Shown piece by piece: positions 1-18,900 of a DNA stretch of 64,000 nt. The translations under genes were made by a program, and so were the position numbers. The stretch spans positions 3,038,001 through 3,102,000 of the forward strand of contig JBHGNT010000007.1 of assembly GCA_043228905.1 (NCBI GenBank). Reading direction: 5' to 3'. Source of the DNA: Azolla caroliniana (lineage: Eukaryota > Plantae > Polypodiophyta). The notes under the pieces are model-generated. The model did no database searches. It was not told the DNA's origin and saw nothing but the letters and a program-made list of their open reading frames with translations. The stretch's first letter is position 1, and each line of letters starts with the position of its first letter.

Positions 1-1000
1 AATGAAAGAACGAGATATATATGACACATAGTTGTACCCCTAAGATGAGCGTAATCGTTGAATGGAAAAAATGGCATATCTTCGAATGTGTTAGAGCTAT
101 GATGTTTGAAATCAATGTCAAAAAGGTCTTTTGGCCAGATGCATATCGTTATGCAGTAACATTGATTAATACAATGCCAACAACTACCATTAAATATGTT
201 ATTTTGTATGAGTTATTTTTCTGATGAAAGCTTAAAGCTTATTTGTTATGTGCACATATTTATACAAGTTCCATATAAACTTGAAGAAAAAGCATTAAAA
301 TGTATTTTCCAAGGGATAGATAATAAAACATGGATATTGATGTTATGATCTAAACTTTATGTTTCTTACATTATTAAATTTGATGATAGCAAGAATCTTG
401 AAGATATATAGCGTAAGGTGAAGGTACCCAAACCATGTCGCCCACAACATGTAAGAAAACTTGAGGCTATTGTTTGTTGATGTCAAAAATTGAATGAATG
501 AAAATTGCATTGAACCAAGTCCCTATGAGGAATTATGTTGTAAAAACGAAAGATGAAAAGCCATGCAAGAGGAAAGTGGCATATGAGTATTGGTGCCAAT
601 AATTGACATTCAAACTTTAATTGATTATATAGGTGGATTTGTAAGGTAAAATATAATTCTGATGGTAGAATTAATCATTATAAAGTTTGATTTGATGTGA
701 AGAGTTACGCCTAAACTTATAGTTTAATTACAAGGAAATGTTTTCACTAATCGCAAAAATGTTGAGTACAAGATCCATAATCCTCTTGCCATGCATTAAA
801 ATTGGAAACTTTATTGAATGTTTAATGGATATAAAAATGCTTTTTTAAAGGTAATCTGGTGGAAATTGTATACATGAAACAATTGCGAGGGTGTACAACT
901 GGTAATATCTTGTACACAAGCTAAAATCACTTTATATAGATTGAAACTAACACCATGTTCATTTGTATGGCAAGTTGAGAAAGTTTTTACAATGAAATAA
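1..1000 (+). mobile_element. Degenerate Ty1/Copia pol remnant (integrase to RT)
   Basis: ORF 21-224 (HSCTPK..VEWKKWHIFECVRAMM..FWPDAYRYAVTLINTMPT) resembles the Copia integrase TPQQNG.AERKNR..FWAEA..A.YLINR.P motif. Broken RT motifs follow: KAMQEE (~557), K.KYNSDG.I..YK (~645-685), MDIK/NAF (~825), YMKQ (~870). Many stops and frameshifts. Confidence 0.8.
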
Positions 1001-1559
1001 ATTATGGTTCTTTGATATGCTTGTAAATTGTAATACCCATCTTCTCTACATTAGAAATTAAAGAACAAATCCATTGTAGGGCACATACTTGGGAATAGAT
1101 TTGGAAAGACCTTTAGTCTAGACTCTAAACAAGTGCCCACATGATAAAGAGCAAAGCATTCGTGCTCCATGATATAAAGTCTAATATTGAATGAGGCATT
1201 ATTTTAATCAATGATCAATATCTAATAAATAGACTTGGAAGTTGGAAACTTCCAGAACAAAAACACTCAAGATTGGCACTTATATCATAAAAAAAACTTG
1301 TTAAACATGGAGATAATGATTATTAGTGAGTTGAAATGCAAGCATGTTTCCAATTACATGGCATAAGTATGAACACTACCCAGATTCTAACATAGCTTGA
1401 ATTCTCCACATTTGAATTTTAAACCGTGGAAACAAACTGAGTGATCCATACTTATATCATTAAACTAGATATTGAAAGAATATAAATCAACACCACAAAA
1501 CTTCTTGGTAGAAAGTTGACACACATCATAACATGAATTTATTATAACACCTTATATAA

Positions 1560-1780
1560 ACACACGTCTAGCTCATGCACTCTATTGAATGATAGGGCAC
1601 CACAAGACCCCTTCAAATTAGTTAGAGATTTAGGCAAGCATGCACACAAATCTATGCCAGAATGGATTTGCAAATTGTGCCCTCAAGGGATGGAATTAAA
1701 ACAAAAAAATCTTCCATTATAATATTCTTTATGAAATAAGCAAGTGAAACCATTACTTGGGGCTATTCTTGCTAGAACTC
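1560..1780 (+). mobile_element. Non-LTR (LINE) ORF2 C-terminal remnant
   Basis: Decayed match to the LEIE.GR...RICKLC Cys-rich end of LINE ORF2 (ttagagatt...gaatggatttgcaaattgtgc). No intact ORF. Confidence 0.4.
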
Positions 1781-2790
1781 AAAATGCCAAGAGACGTTAT
1801 TGGAGGACAAGAATGTAACCAATTAAAGGCCATAAGCAATGCACATAAGCCATTACCATCTAAACTAGTCCCTTCAAAGTTATCATCAAGCAATAGAGAT
1901 AACTATCACCTAGCAAGAAAGGTGCTTCCTCACTTCAAAGATGTCTCCATCACGAAGTAGCTCATGCTAGAGATTTTTGAAGGCATAAGCTTCAATTTAT
2001 CTATGTTTAAAATATTACCCACTTAGACAACTAGATTTCAGTTTGTCATTCTAAAGGATGAGACATTTTAAGATGTAACCTCTCGTTCGGTCTTACAGGT
2101 CACTTTGGCCTCGAAAATGCATTGATATTTCTTTCTGTATTTCTCCCAATCATTCATAGTTTATAAATGTTCTTCTAGCCTCTTATTACCAAATGTTAAA
2201 ATATTTTAAGTCTTTCCCAACACATTACTATGCACAATGCTATCAGCTAACAAAGTAAAGAGATGCCCTGAAGAAGAAATATGATATACTTTACAGAAGT
2301 TAAAGAATAAACCTTTCAGCACTATACAAAATACTAGATAAGTTTCATTCGACTTGAGATTCTGCTACAAATTTGTAATGATCTTAGAATGCAAGCCAGA
2401 TGTTTTCATTCATCAAGATAGACAGTGCTCCTTATCAGGTAGCTGCCTCCCCAATGTGGACATATTGAAACCCCTCCTATGGCACTGAGTACTCACAAAA
2501 GATGAGATAAGATGTTTCAAATAACAAATGTTCCACCATAATGCAAGAATTTCAGAACACACCTTGTTTTCTTATTAGAATACCTCAAGAGGGTCACGTT
2601 GGTGTAAAAGAATTTACATGCTGTTCAGTAACCTCTTCTTGTTATGATGCCTCGTATTGCTGTACAACATAGCTAAGGAGAAAAACAAGTTACAAAAAGA
2701 TTACTTATTGTTTCTACAAATTTGAGCTCTGCTCAAACAACTTCAAACACAAAGTAGAAGTTTTATGTTGTAGCAGTCCTAGAATACACA

Positions 2791-2926
2791 ACCTCAACTT
2801 ACATTACATTCCCTTATATCTACAAGTTCATCTTCTTCTTTTGACCTTTCATTAGCAAACCTCAACTTACATTACATTCCCTTATATTTACATGCTCATC
2901 TTCTTCTTCTAACCCTTCATTAGCAT
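2791..2926. repeat. Tandem duplication (2 copies, 68-bp period) spanning the DCAF8 stop codon
   Basis: acctcaacttacattacattcccttatat occurs at 2791 and 2859; similarity continues to cattagca in both copies. Confidence 0.9.
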
Positions 2927-5900
2927 TCCTATAAAGGACCATTAAGTAGTTATCCACAGTGCTCTCATCCTCATTGTTGTTTGCATCATCATCTTCACCA
3001 GTTCTATGATCTCTACGTGAGAACCATCTAGCCAATTCTGGTTGTACATGTCTTCTTTGAAGTCGCAATACATGCATTATATCAGACAGATTTGGGGAGC
3101 CTTCTTCTCTATCTCTTTGGTTCATCTTCATGATCTGGCACAAAGAAAACTTTACATTATTAAAGCGATAGGTTTGCCAAATTGATCTTTCTTCAAATGT
3201 ACTTTAATTACTATTTAATTAGTTGACCTTTTTATGATTGTATTAAGGCCATGTGATCTTACACTAGAAGGCTTTCAGATAAGTGGTTTCAAGCACCACA
3301 TTGTTGATTGGGTGTTAGAAAAATTAATTTTCATTCAAATGTTCTTTACTTAGAATTACTTTATATTACCTTTTCTGCATCAACTGGCAGTGGTACATAA
3401 TCTTCAACAATTGGAGCCCACACTTTGGCAGTATTATCAATTCCACTTGTTGCAAGGACTGTGATGTGGGGATGTGGCTCTAAGCAATTTACAACCTGTG
3501 TATCACCTTTGAAAAGCGCCACAAGACTTGCACCTTTCTTTCGCCAGATGAAGACATTTCCACAGTCTGATCCGCTCACAACATATTCTGTGTTAGGGCC
3601 AAGGAAGCTTACACCCTTCACCGTCCGTGCATTGCGATGTCCCTGGTAAACCTGAAGCTCATTTGTTGGTATGCATCCCTTTTCATCATCTTGCATGTTT
3701 TCAAAAGACCCCAATTTTTCAAAGAGGTAGATATGTTCATCATTATATGACACGAGAAGCTCCTCCTGGAAAGAATATGCAAGCGCAGTCACATGTACTG
3801 AGCCCTTGCCTTTCAAGTGTGCAGGATAAAAACTAGTAACCGGATTATCATCATTGCTTTGCTCACCCCAATTAACTTTCCTTATGTCATATACTCGTGC
3901 ATACTTGTCAGAGCCACCAACAGCAAAGTAGTTGGGATTTCTGGAGTTTATAACTATAGCACTCAGACGAACTGGATGTCTTCTCATCTTCGATGAGCCT
4001 GACAACGTGTAGCACTGGAAAGTGGCCTTGTTGTTTCCATCTCGCAAATCAAACTGCACACCAAAATCAAAATCTTGCTCCCTCTCCATCTCCCCACTCT
4101 TTCTGAACGCTAGTCTATAAACCCATACTAATCTCAGAGTATCTTCTTGTATATGCAGATATGACCAGATTAATGTCCCACCATTTGTAATGGAAAGAAT
4201 GGAATTCAAATGCAAGAACACCCACGTTTTGATATATGTCTCATAAAATTAAACAACTAAGAGAAAAGCCTGATCTGCTCTTATTTACACAGATATGTAT
4301 CAATTAGAAAAATATCAAGAAAACATAAAAATAAACAACACAACAGCACTTACACGACGAATAAGGCCATCTTCACCACAACTCATGAACATACGGGAAC
4401 TTCCCGGCTCAATTGCAAGTTTATGAACACGACCTCGATGTTCCGCAAGCTTTTTTGTTTCAACACAACCACCCTCCAAAATGTCGGCTTGACGCACCTA
4501 TAAGTTTAAAGCATATATATATATATATGTAAACTGCGTTAGCTTCTGAACAACACAGTTTTATCATACAAGTTCATTTCAATACCCCCTTATTATTCCC
4601 AAGGGGAATGACTCCTTCATGCACCCACAGCCTCTAAATACTTCAGATGAAAATTATATCCTGCATTTTAATCTTTGGTCAATGTCAAGAAGCCCATACT
4701 ATTTACAAAGCTTCATAATAGTCAACTAAACAAAATGATAAAATACGAGACATGAATATATCAAATAAATATGCTAGATATTCATATACAAAGCACTTGC
4801 TGAACCATAAACCAGAGAACAATGTCGGGAGCATCCAACCTAGACTAATAGTTATGCAAGAATATTTGTGAGAAAAAGTTCCTTTTATAAATATGCATAA
4901 TAAAGAATCAAACTCTTCAGGAAATTCCAATGAGATCAAATTAATCAAAGTGGAGGCATTTGATAAATAAAATTTCCAGTGAACCCTAGTAGAACATCAA
5001 CTTGAAACTTTAGAAAACTGAATGCCCATCTCCCTCTCCCCTAACAGCACCTTCATATTAGCTGATTATGCTTGAATCCCTTGCAGACTGCCTTCAAACA
5101 ACTCAAGGACATTAACACGAAAAGTGGAGCTCATGGTCATGCAATAGAATGACAATAAGTCTTTTTGTCTGCTTTATAATCAGAAATTTTCTTCATCTGG
5201 AGTAAACCCCAATCTACCATTCCCCATATAGACCAATCTCAGTACTAGTATTCGTCAGGGAACTTCCCAAGCACAAAACTGCACTAAATGATAAATTATG
5301 CATAGTTGTCAGTTAAAAGTACGTATGAATAAATAGTTAAAATGAAAAATACATACAATGATATATGAAATCAACAATGAAGATGGTTGGATCATCAAGA
5401 GAAGACCTGGCCATCGGCAGCACAGCTTATTATGATACGGTCATCTGAAAATGGCATAATTCTCGCTTGGAAGACATTGTCGTCATGACCTGATGTAAAT
5501 GACAATCTCTTCGATTTTGCTGCCCAATCCCATAAGGCTATTTCTCGGTCATCAGACCCTGAAACTAATATCTCACCACTAGGATTGAAGTTTACAGTAT
5601 TTACACAGCCCATATGGCCATGCAATTCAGTGTAGAGTCCAAAATGACGAATAAAATCCTGTTGCACCATGAGAACAAAACAATTTGATTATGTTTACGT
5701 CAGAAACATTTATCGATTTTTCCATATAACTTGATTGAGAAGTGTTGTGCAGAAGTCGTGATACTGTCTATAAAGATGATATGGAAAATAATAGCAAAAC
5801 ACAACAAAATAAAAGAGGAGACATTAGAAATTCGGAAAATTGCCGATATCCACAGAAGGGAGATTACTCTTTCATCTAAGCAGATTAAAAGTGGAATACA

Positions 5901-7366
5901 AGAGAAAACTCCTAATTTCTCTCAACCTTACTTTCCTAAAAAACTTTTCAGTTTCCACACTCTCTCAGACTTGGCTGTTTGCAAAGCACCACACACGCAC
6001 TCAAGAAAACTTATTTCTCTCAAATGTTTTTATCTTCCCTGTTTCAATCATAAAGAAGGAATGCCTATTTATAGGCCTTAACAAACAAAACATGTATTAA
6101 AACACTTGTCTATAATGCAATAGACACTTGCCTGAGATGCAATCACATGCAATATTTCACCCCATTACCAAAAAACATTTGACTAAATGGAAGCTATTTG
6201 AGAGGATTAACGAAACAAGACGCAAAGAAACAACTGAAAGCCTAATTATATGGTGGCAAGTAGAAATTGATAGGAAATTAATTTCAAATGTTTAATGAAT
6301 GTAAATAATTTGGCAATTCCTCATTTTCTAAAGAAATTTTAAGCTTCCGAGATTCAGTTAAACAGCCAAACACTTAAAGAAAATACTGAAATTTTGTGAG
6401 GCACACTTCCAACCTATCCCCACTAATTTTAGAAATAGTTGGGGATTGTTTTAACCTCTAGACATTTTCTGCTTCACTAGACAGAAACAATTGGAATTGA
6501 GGAAAATATCCTAAATTTATAACTCTTTAGTAGATATTTTTATGTATCTGTGAGATTCTATAAGTATTTCTAATTGATGCATTCAGAAATATGATCCACT
6601 TTCTAGTGAATGAAGGCAGCCTTCCAAAGCTATGCCCCCCCAAGCTTGCAACATCGTAGATGGATACAATATTAAACTATGATAACAAGATTACAACGTG
6701 GATGATAGCCTCAATATAGAAAGCAAAATAAATGAGAAGAACAAACTGGGAACAGATGAATAAATAAGGAATGACGCTCATGATGAACACAAATAAAAGG
6801 CAATGCGTAAGATAAAAAATCCAAGCAATTTGAAAGAACAGAAATTCTAAGAAATATGCTGAACATTACAATGAAGAACATTAAAAAAAAATCGCACAGT
6901 CCAAAACAACTTGAATGGAGAGAAATTTGAGTAAAAAACACAAAATACAAAGAAAATATGGATATAGGCAAAAACATCGATTTAAATCAAGGAGGGAAAA
7001 TTATCAAAGTAGACGCAAAAAACACAAAAGAAAACCTTTTTTAAAAAATAGGCAGCTTAAGGCACGGAAGGAAATTTTGAATTTAAATTTTATTTATTTC
7101 TATTATTTTGGGAAAAAAGAAGGAGCTTGACGCAAGGCAAAATACTAGAAAGCAGAAAGAAGAAAAGACACACATTGAGTTTAAGGCAGGAAAACAAAAT
7201 TGAGCAAAAATAAAAGCAATTAAAAGTAAGACTGAGATATGAGACATACTTCAGAGCCACCGACTCGTCGAGAAAACGCAAGAGGTTGCAGATCACCTAT
7301 CTGTCTCCGCCAATAATACTCTTCCAAGCAGAAGCGATGAGAAGTCCAGAATTCCTGATACTTCAT
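2862..7366 (-). CDS. DCAF8: DDB1- and CUL4-associated factor 8-like WD40 (DWD) protein, about 489 aa, 5 exons
   Basis: Exons 7366-7250, 5658-5407, 4497-4354, 4053-3370, 3134-2862; all GT-AG and in frame (1470 nt). Motifs GHMGCVNTVNFNPSGEILVSGSDD, HRGRVHKLAIEPGS, YQGHRNARTVKGVSFLGP..EYVVSGSDCG, VNCLEPHP..LATSGID. C-terminus ECNVS*. Confidence 0.93.
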
Positions 7367-7426
7367 ATTGTGATTCTATCCCCAGCTCTCTCCCTCTCCC
7401 TCTTATAAATTCTCTGCACGAAACCC

Positions 7427-7565
7427 AAACCCTAAATCGCAGCCCGGGGATCTCCTGAGAGGATCTGATCGTTTGCAGTGAGGCTCTGATAATGATTTGT
7501 TCTCTCTCCCTATCTATCGTTTTATTAATGTTTCAAATATAAAGTCAGTTGTTTTTTAGGCCCAT
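7427..7565. promoter_or_regulatory. Telo-box (AAACCCTAA) and site II-like GGCCCA upstream of DCAF8
   Basis: AAACCCTAA at 7427-7435 and ggcccattt at ~7559, within 200 bp of the ATG. This pairing is common in plant housekeeping promoters. Motif match only. Confidence 0.4.
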
Positions 7566-9766
7566 TTAGCTGTGATAACCAATGCTGCCAAAATCCTGTT
7601 GTTATGGTTCAATTTCTCCAGGTATGCATATCTAATAGAAATCCTGATCCCATGATTCCGACCAACAATCTTCATGGGCTCTTCAACAAAATTTATTTTA
7701 AGTGATTCCAGCCAACAATCGATATAAATATCAAAATTGAAATCGTGATTGCATCATCGTATAACCTTCATGGGCTTGAACTTATTGCCAATCGTATAGC
7801 ACAACCCTACATTATTGTCTAATTAATTGTCCACTTAATGTAATTAGAGTTAATGAATACACAATTCTTACCCATCAAATCACAACTATCTAGTCATACA
7901 TTTTAATTGCACAATTGTTTGAGTTGAACTTTGCATGGTTAAAATCGTTGTAACTCGGCATAATTACCAAACCTGCATGCATGGTTAATAGGGTGTCCAA
8001 GTGGAACATGTCAAGATATTTTGTTTGCTTTTCTTTTTAAGTGATGGAATAAATATGTTTCATCTGCAACAAGATCAAAGCGGACACTAAGAAAGCACAA
8101 TCTGATTATGATATCTATTTCTTCTCATCAAATGAAAAATCCCAACAATCCTCATATTGATGTCCTTAATTTGTAGGAGGAACTCAATTGAAGTCGCAAT
8201 TGGTTTCATGAACAAATTCTTCTAAGAGGAATTTTACACTTGCATTTTACAGATCATGGTTAAGGCTAGTGAACCAAGTTTCAAGTACACATTCCAAAGA
8301 TGTCTTAATGTACAATTTTACTTGAGTGCAGAGAGATTAAGAATGGGCTTATTACATTACTTTTGTTATCACAATCTGGAACTTTTGGTACTGATAATAG
8401 CACACATCAAAATCCTCTTTTTGACATTGACATGGGGAAACCATGTAAACATAGTAAATTGGGTATTGATAAGCTCAAAACATCTTGGAATTCTCTCAAT
8501 AATAAAAAAGTATAGACGTTAAAGAAATTTTAGCATTAACACTCATCCAACTAGGAAGAGTAAGTAATCAGGTAATTAACAAAATGATGAACATGGTCAA
8601 TTGGATATGTACCAATTCCGAATATCTTCAAGTTGACTCGATAAATAAAGGGTAAACGAATTTGACATTAACACCATCTAAAAGGAAGAATCGGCAACTT
8701 GGGAGCAAATGAAATTAAAGTGAGGATAAAAGTAATCATGTTGTTGAAGGGGTGATGATTGAAGGTATCCACACCGCCATATCCTTGTAAATTATTTACA
8801 TAGACATAAATCAACACCAAAATTATTTACATCAATATTTCTACGTAACACTAAAACCCAAATTTGTGCAAACATGAATTAGACTTGGTATTAAAATCCG
8901 CGTAAAACCATCATCATGATAAGTCTACAGTCTACTCACATATATTACATCTAATTCTAGTCATAGACAAGCAAAACAAAAGCAATGTGTCACATTGCTA
9001 TAATAAAACACAAAACTATATTTCTTCTTGCTTTATCTCATATATTGCCTTCTTGAAAATCTAGATATACCATCTATTAGAATATCCGCATCACCAAGAA
9101 AAATATGCTAGAACAAGAACCAAGAATTCTTCTATGAGATTATCTCTAATCAATATACGAAGAAATATTTTGGGGCAAACCCTTACCAGAGATACAATAA
9201 CATCAAAGGAAATGAATAACATTATATCAATACACAAGATATCCTCGTTCGCTTTACTAGCTCTTTCGGTGGAGAAATCCAAGAGGTCTAAAATGAGAAT
9301 CCACATGATGTTCCGTTGATATCTTTGAACCTCTTTATATCTCAGATATTGTGTGTACAAAATGGCAATCTTCTCCATGCAAACATAATATTCATGGGTT
9401 CTTTTCCCAAGGACTCTCCAAATCTGTGAAAGGAATATGTGAGAGTGCCAATTCAGACTCCCTAGTCAATATATGACTCAAAGCATACCTCTAATGTCGC
9501 ATTCTATTGTAGGATCTGGACTCACAGTTACTTTACTTGTTCCAGTCAAACTGCTGACTTTGTTTAGTCGAACAGTTTATCACATCCTGTCAAACATTGG
9601 AGTTGCTACAGTCTGCAGCCTCAAACACTAGCTCATCATATTGAAAGATATAATTGTGCCTCTTCTACTACATAAACCCTTTTAAAAAGAACCTCTTATC
9701 CTCTTGGAATACAAAAACAAAGGAAAGAGTAAAAAGCGTATTATTGAGCATTTAGCATTCATATCA

Positions 9767-15058
<5,292 letters not shown>

Positions 15059-16221
15059 GGTCAAAGAGACCTTAGAAACCTTCAAAAATAAGGATGTTTA
15101 ACAACAGAATAGTCTGTCAATTCATAATCTCCTTTCAGCAAACAGAATGCCACTACAAAATAAAATCCTCTGTTTCTCCCAAAAAGAAATATCTTCGTCT
15201 ACTACAAAAAAAACACATCATACATGGAAATACATACAATAATCTGATTTTATGGTGATCTCATAATCACAAAAGAGATGAGGACGGTCAGCTTATATTG
15301 TAGGCATTTACAATATCATCGGCTGTCTTTACACCTTCTAAAGAGCATCCTTTTTCATTATTCAAATTGTTTGCTTGTTAAAGGATATGTAAATCCGTAA
15401 CATGAGTGCTAAGAATCCATGCAAAATCCACACAGTTCCAATCCGAGAAAAGTGCGGAAGAGGTGGAATAAGAAGAATTTGAAACATAAATCCTGGATTT
15501 GTAGTTTTGATAGAGTGACACTGAACTAATTCAATAATGATGGATTCTTTGAATTTCTTCTAAAATTTTCTGCTAATTTCTGCGTCAATATAAACTCTAG
15601 AGCTGCGATTATGCTTATCGGAAACCAGGAAATAGGTATGTGCTGCTCTGCATTCTGTTATGTTTGCTTCTATATAAACCTTATGACAACTAACAGTTTT
15701 TCTTCCAGGATCAACTAAATGAAGATGGATTATCCTCCGAGTCGCTGCTAAGTTTCTACTGATTTTCTTTCTCATATTGTGTGTCAGTTCCCTTTTAAGT
15801 TTTTTTTATATGGCACCCGAAAGAAATCGTTTCTTTTCAGCCAGAACGAGCTCGAAGATGGATTAGCTGCGAGTTTCTGCTAAATGCAACATAAGAAAAT
15901 GCGCAGAAAAACGAAGATTTGAAACGTACACGGAAATTAAGAGGAGAAGAAAATGGACAAATAGATGATGCACCTTTGCGGAAAGAGCTTGGCGGGGCAG
16001 CTCAAAGGAGGTGCAATGGCATATGGTGTATGAGTGTGTATTTTATGTAAACCAGAGATGGTTTCTTCGTTCGCCCCTTCCGGAAGATCGAATCGCAGAG
16101 AAAGGAGGAGGAGGAGGAGGAGACACAGCTTAGGTTAGCTAACTATTGGAGATGGGAGGGTTTGCTCGGTCTCTGTCTGTATCTGTGTCTGTGAGAAGGA
16201 TCGATCGATGGAGAAGCAGAG

Positions 16222-16226
<5 letters not shown>

Positions 16227-16268
<42 letters not shown>
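16227..16268. repeat. (AG)n microsatellite in the kinesin 5' region
   Basis: About 20 AG units, read as a CT tract on the kinesin sense strand. A G-run lies nearby at 16351-16369. Confidence 0.9.
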
Positions 16269-16270
<2 letters not shown>

Positions 16271-16599
16271 AGTGACAGTATAATTAAAATTGAATACAGA
16301 GCCTCAAATTTTTTTCTGTTGTAATTATTAGCCCTTTCGGAAAGGACAGAGGGAGGGGGGGGGGGGAGGATTTAATCGTTATTTATATATTTGGCCCAAA
16401 AAAACAAAATTTACGAAAATGTCCCCCGGCCCTCTTCCTTGCTTGCTTGCTTTTTGTCCAGCAAATTTCCAAGAGAAAGTCGAGCTTTCTTCTTGTTGGC
16501 CAGGCTGCTCCACAAAGGAAGAAGAAGAAAGGCGAACACTTCATTCATTCACCTCAAAGAGCCACACGCACACATATTGTCGTGTGTCAGTCTGTTCGT

Positions 16600-18900
16600 A
16601 ATAATGACTCTTTGGGTATTATGTTGATCCTTTGGGGGTATTGCTTGAAATGTGGCCTTGTTGACATTCGTTTCGTGGGAGATCATCCAATCACATTTAT
16701 TGGCATACAATTGGGAAGAGAGTGAGAGAATGTGATATAGGTATCCTTTCTAATGTTCACGGGAGATCGGTTGCGATCTATGGGATGGGGGGGCCTAGCC
16801 CATGTCGAGAGGATCATACTCAAGTTCTCTCGATTCATGAGTTCGATGCTATGGTGTAAACCATCACGCCAATCTGGCCAAAGAGTGACATATAGTGAAT
16901 GCACGAGGAAGACAATAGAGATTTACAAGGGAAAAAAGTAAATGCATGTTCTCTACTGGGGATATTAACTAACCATTGGTTCATTCTGCCTCTATTTAGG
17001 TGTAAAATCTTTGGATGTGCATTAATTGTCAACAAATATAGTGTGTTGTGAAGAAAGAATGTTTGATCTGATGCCAGATGACGAAGATTGTGGAAGTGTT
17101 AAGTTCATGTTATTCAAATATTCATTTCCATTCATGTTGTGAGGCATTTACATCCAAATTTTGCGTAGTCTTTTTCCGACGAATCTTTTGCAATAGCCAC
17201 TTGCCAATATGAATGATTTCATGTTCTTTGAGCACTTAGTTCGGCAATCTTTGTATGATTGTCTAAGGTTACATGGCCTTCCACTACATAATTTCATTGC
17301 ATTAAGAATTTATGCACACACACAAAACTTGTAGTATGAAATCTTTGGCCCTAACATTAAATCCTGAAGTAAGAACACTAGTGTTCAAATATTGTTATTT
17401 GCATAATACAATAGAGTTTCAAGGATCTCAATGTTAATGGCACATGGGCTCAACACATGTACGCATAATTTTAGTCAAATATGTGTTCGTGTTATGTTTA
17501 TTACACACATTTCATTACACATATGTCTAATGTGCTTTCACATGAGTAAATTGTATATTTCTATTTGAGTGAAATCCTCCTATATATTTATGTAAGATTG
17601 AAGGGGGTTTTCCTTGGAATCCTAAGGATATATACACCATTAAATAAAAACCTCGTTGGCACTCGACCTCAAAGCTTTGGATATCCCAAACTTAAGATGT
17701 TTTTCCCTATTACAATGGAATCTTTGTATTATAAAGAAATGGGGAGAAGTAAAATTAAAAAAACATAGATTGCAAATCCAACGATAACCCACTTTCAAGT
17801 TCAAAATTCAAATATTGCAAAGCTCAACATGATCGGTCATAGGGAATGTGTGAATATAAGATAAAGTCCCTTTGGAGAAAAAGGCTTCATGATTGGGTTA
17901 CCTTATTAGTAAGTTGACATTTAGAAAAAGTGGAGACATATAACCCACTTTAAAATTGAAGGTTTATCACTTATTTTAGAAGTTCTCATGCCCGTGCTCT
18001 TTGTGTTCTTCTTTATAAAAGAGATAACAAATCCTAAAGCAGCTTGAAATTTAAGCAACTTGACAAGAGAATTGTGATAAGGTAGTTAGATTGTTTTGTG
18101 TTAAAGTTGTAAAGGCAACGAAGAGGCGAGGGCAAATTACAGTTTTTCCATCATATTGTTTGTAATTAAGCCTATCTATTTCTACTTACGAACCCCACAA
18201 GTAACCAATCCTAAGAATGATCTCTCACTTACATGTTGGAAAGTGTTGCAAAATTCGTCACCCATGACATTTGTAATGGATGAACAATTACAGAGAGTAA
18301 ACAAGTCAAATGATTATGGAAAACCATGTGATTGTTGAGTCATGGTTCATCTTATTTTTATAGATAACATTTTCAATTATTGCACAATTACTTGGTTTTT
18401 TTTCATCTCCACTACATCACAACTTCAGTCGTGCTTAATAAATTACCCCACACATGTTACATCTAGTTGCATAAGTATATAATCATCCCAACATGAAAAA
18501 CACACATCCTTCGCATGTGAATGCATCCCTACCTCGTTCCTTGTAAGTAGTTCACAATGCATACCATTGCTTTCATTTGGGTTAATTTGCACCCTTTGAT
18601 GTGAGATCACATGTTGGCCCACTACCAAAACTCTCAATAACTTTGCACATCGGGCAAAAATCAAGTTCAACAATTGAAGTGACATAATCTACTCGAGTGC
18701 TTGACCTTTCATATATGTTGAGCATGCTCTCCGCACTTTTCTATCCATGCCTTGTCATTATACACATTTGTCTCCCAAACACATTGTATACCCTCAATTG
18801 CATTTCTTGATAGTAATTTTTTCGAACACGGAGAATCACCATATGAACTCATTATATGGTACAAAAACTTTTATGATGGTAAATTGCACATACCTTTCTT
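16600..18900 (-). mobile_element. Highly degenerate Ty3/Gypsy pol remnant (RT to integrase zinc finger)
   Basis: The minus-strand segment QHVISHQRVQINPNE (ORF 18443-18685) resembles the Gypsy RT GHVIS..G...DP motif. 16650-16900 loosely resembles the integrase H..H/C..C region. No continuous ORF. Confidence 0.45.

Noticed and set aside
4054-4221. N-terminal extension of ORF 3361-4221 (MFLHLNSILS...)
   Set aside because: Lies in DCAF8 intron 3; homology resumes at the CAG acceptor before FDLRDG (4053).
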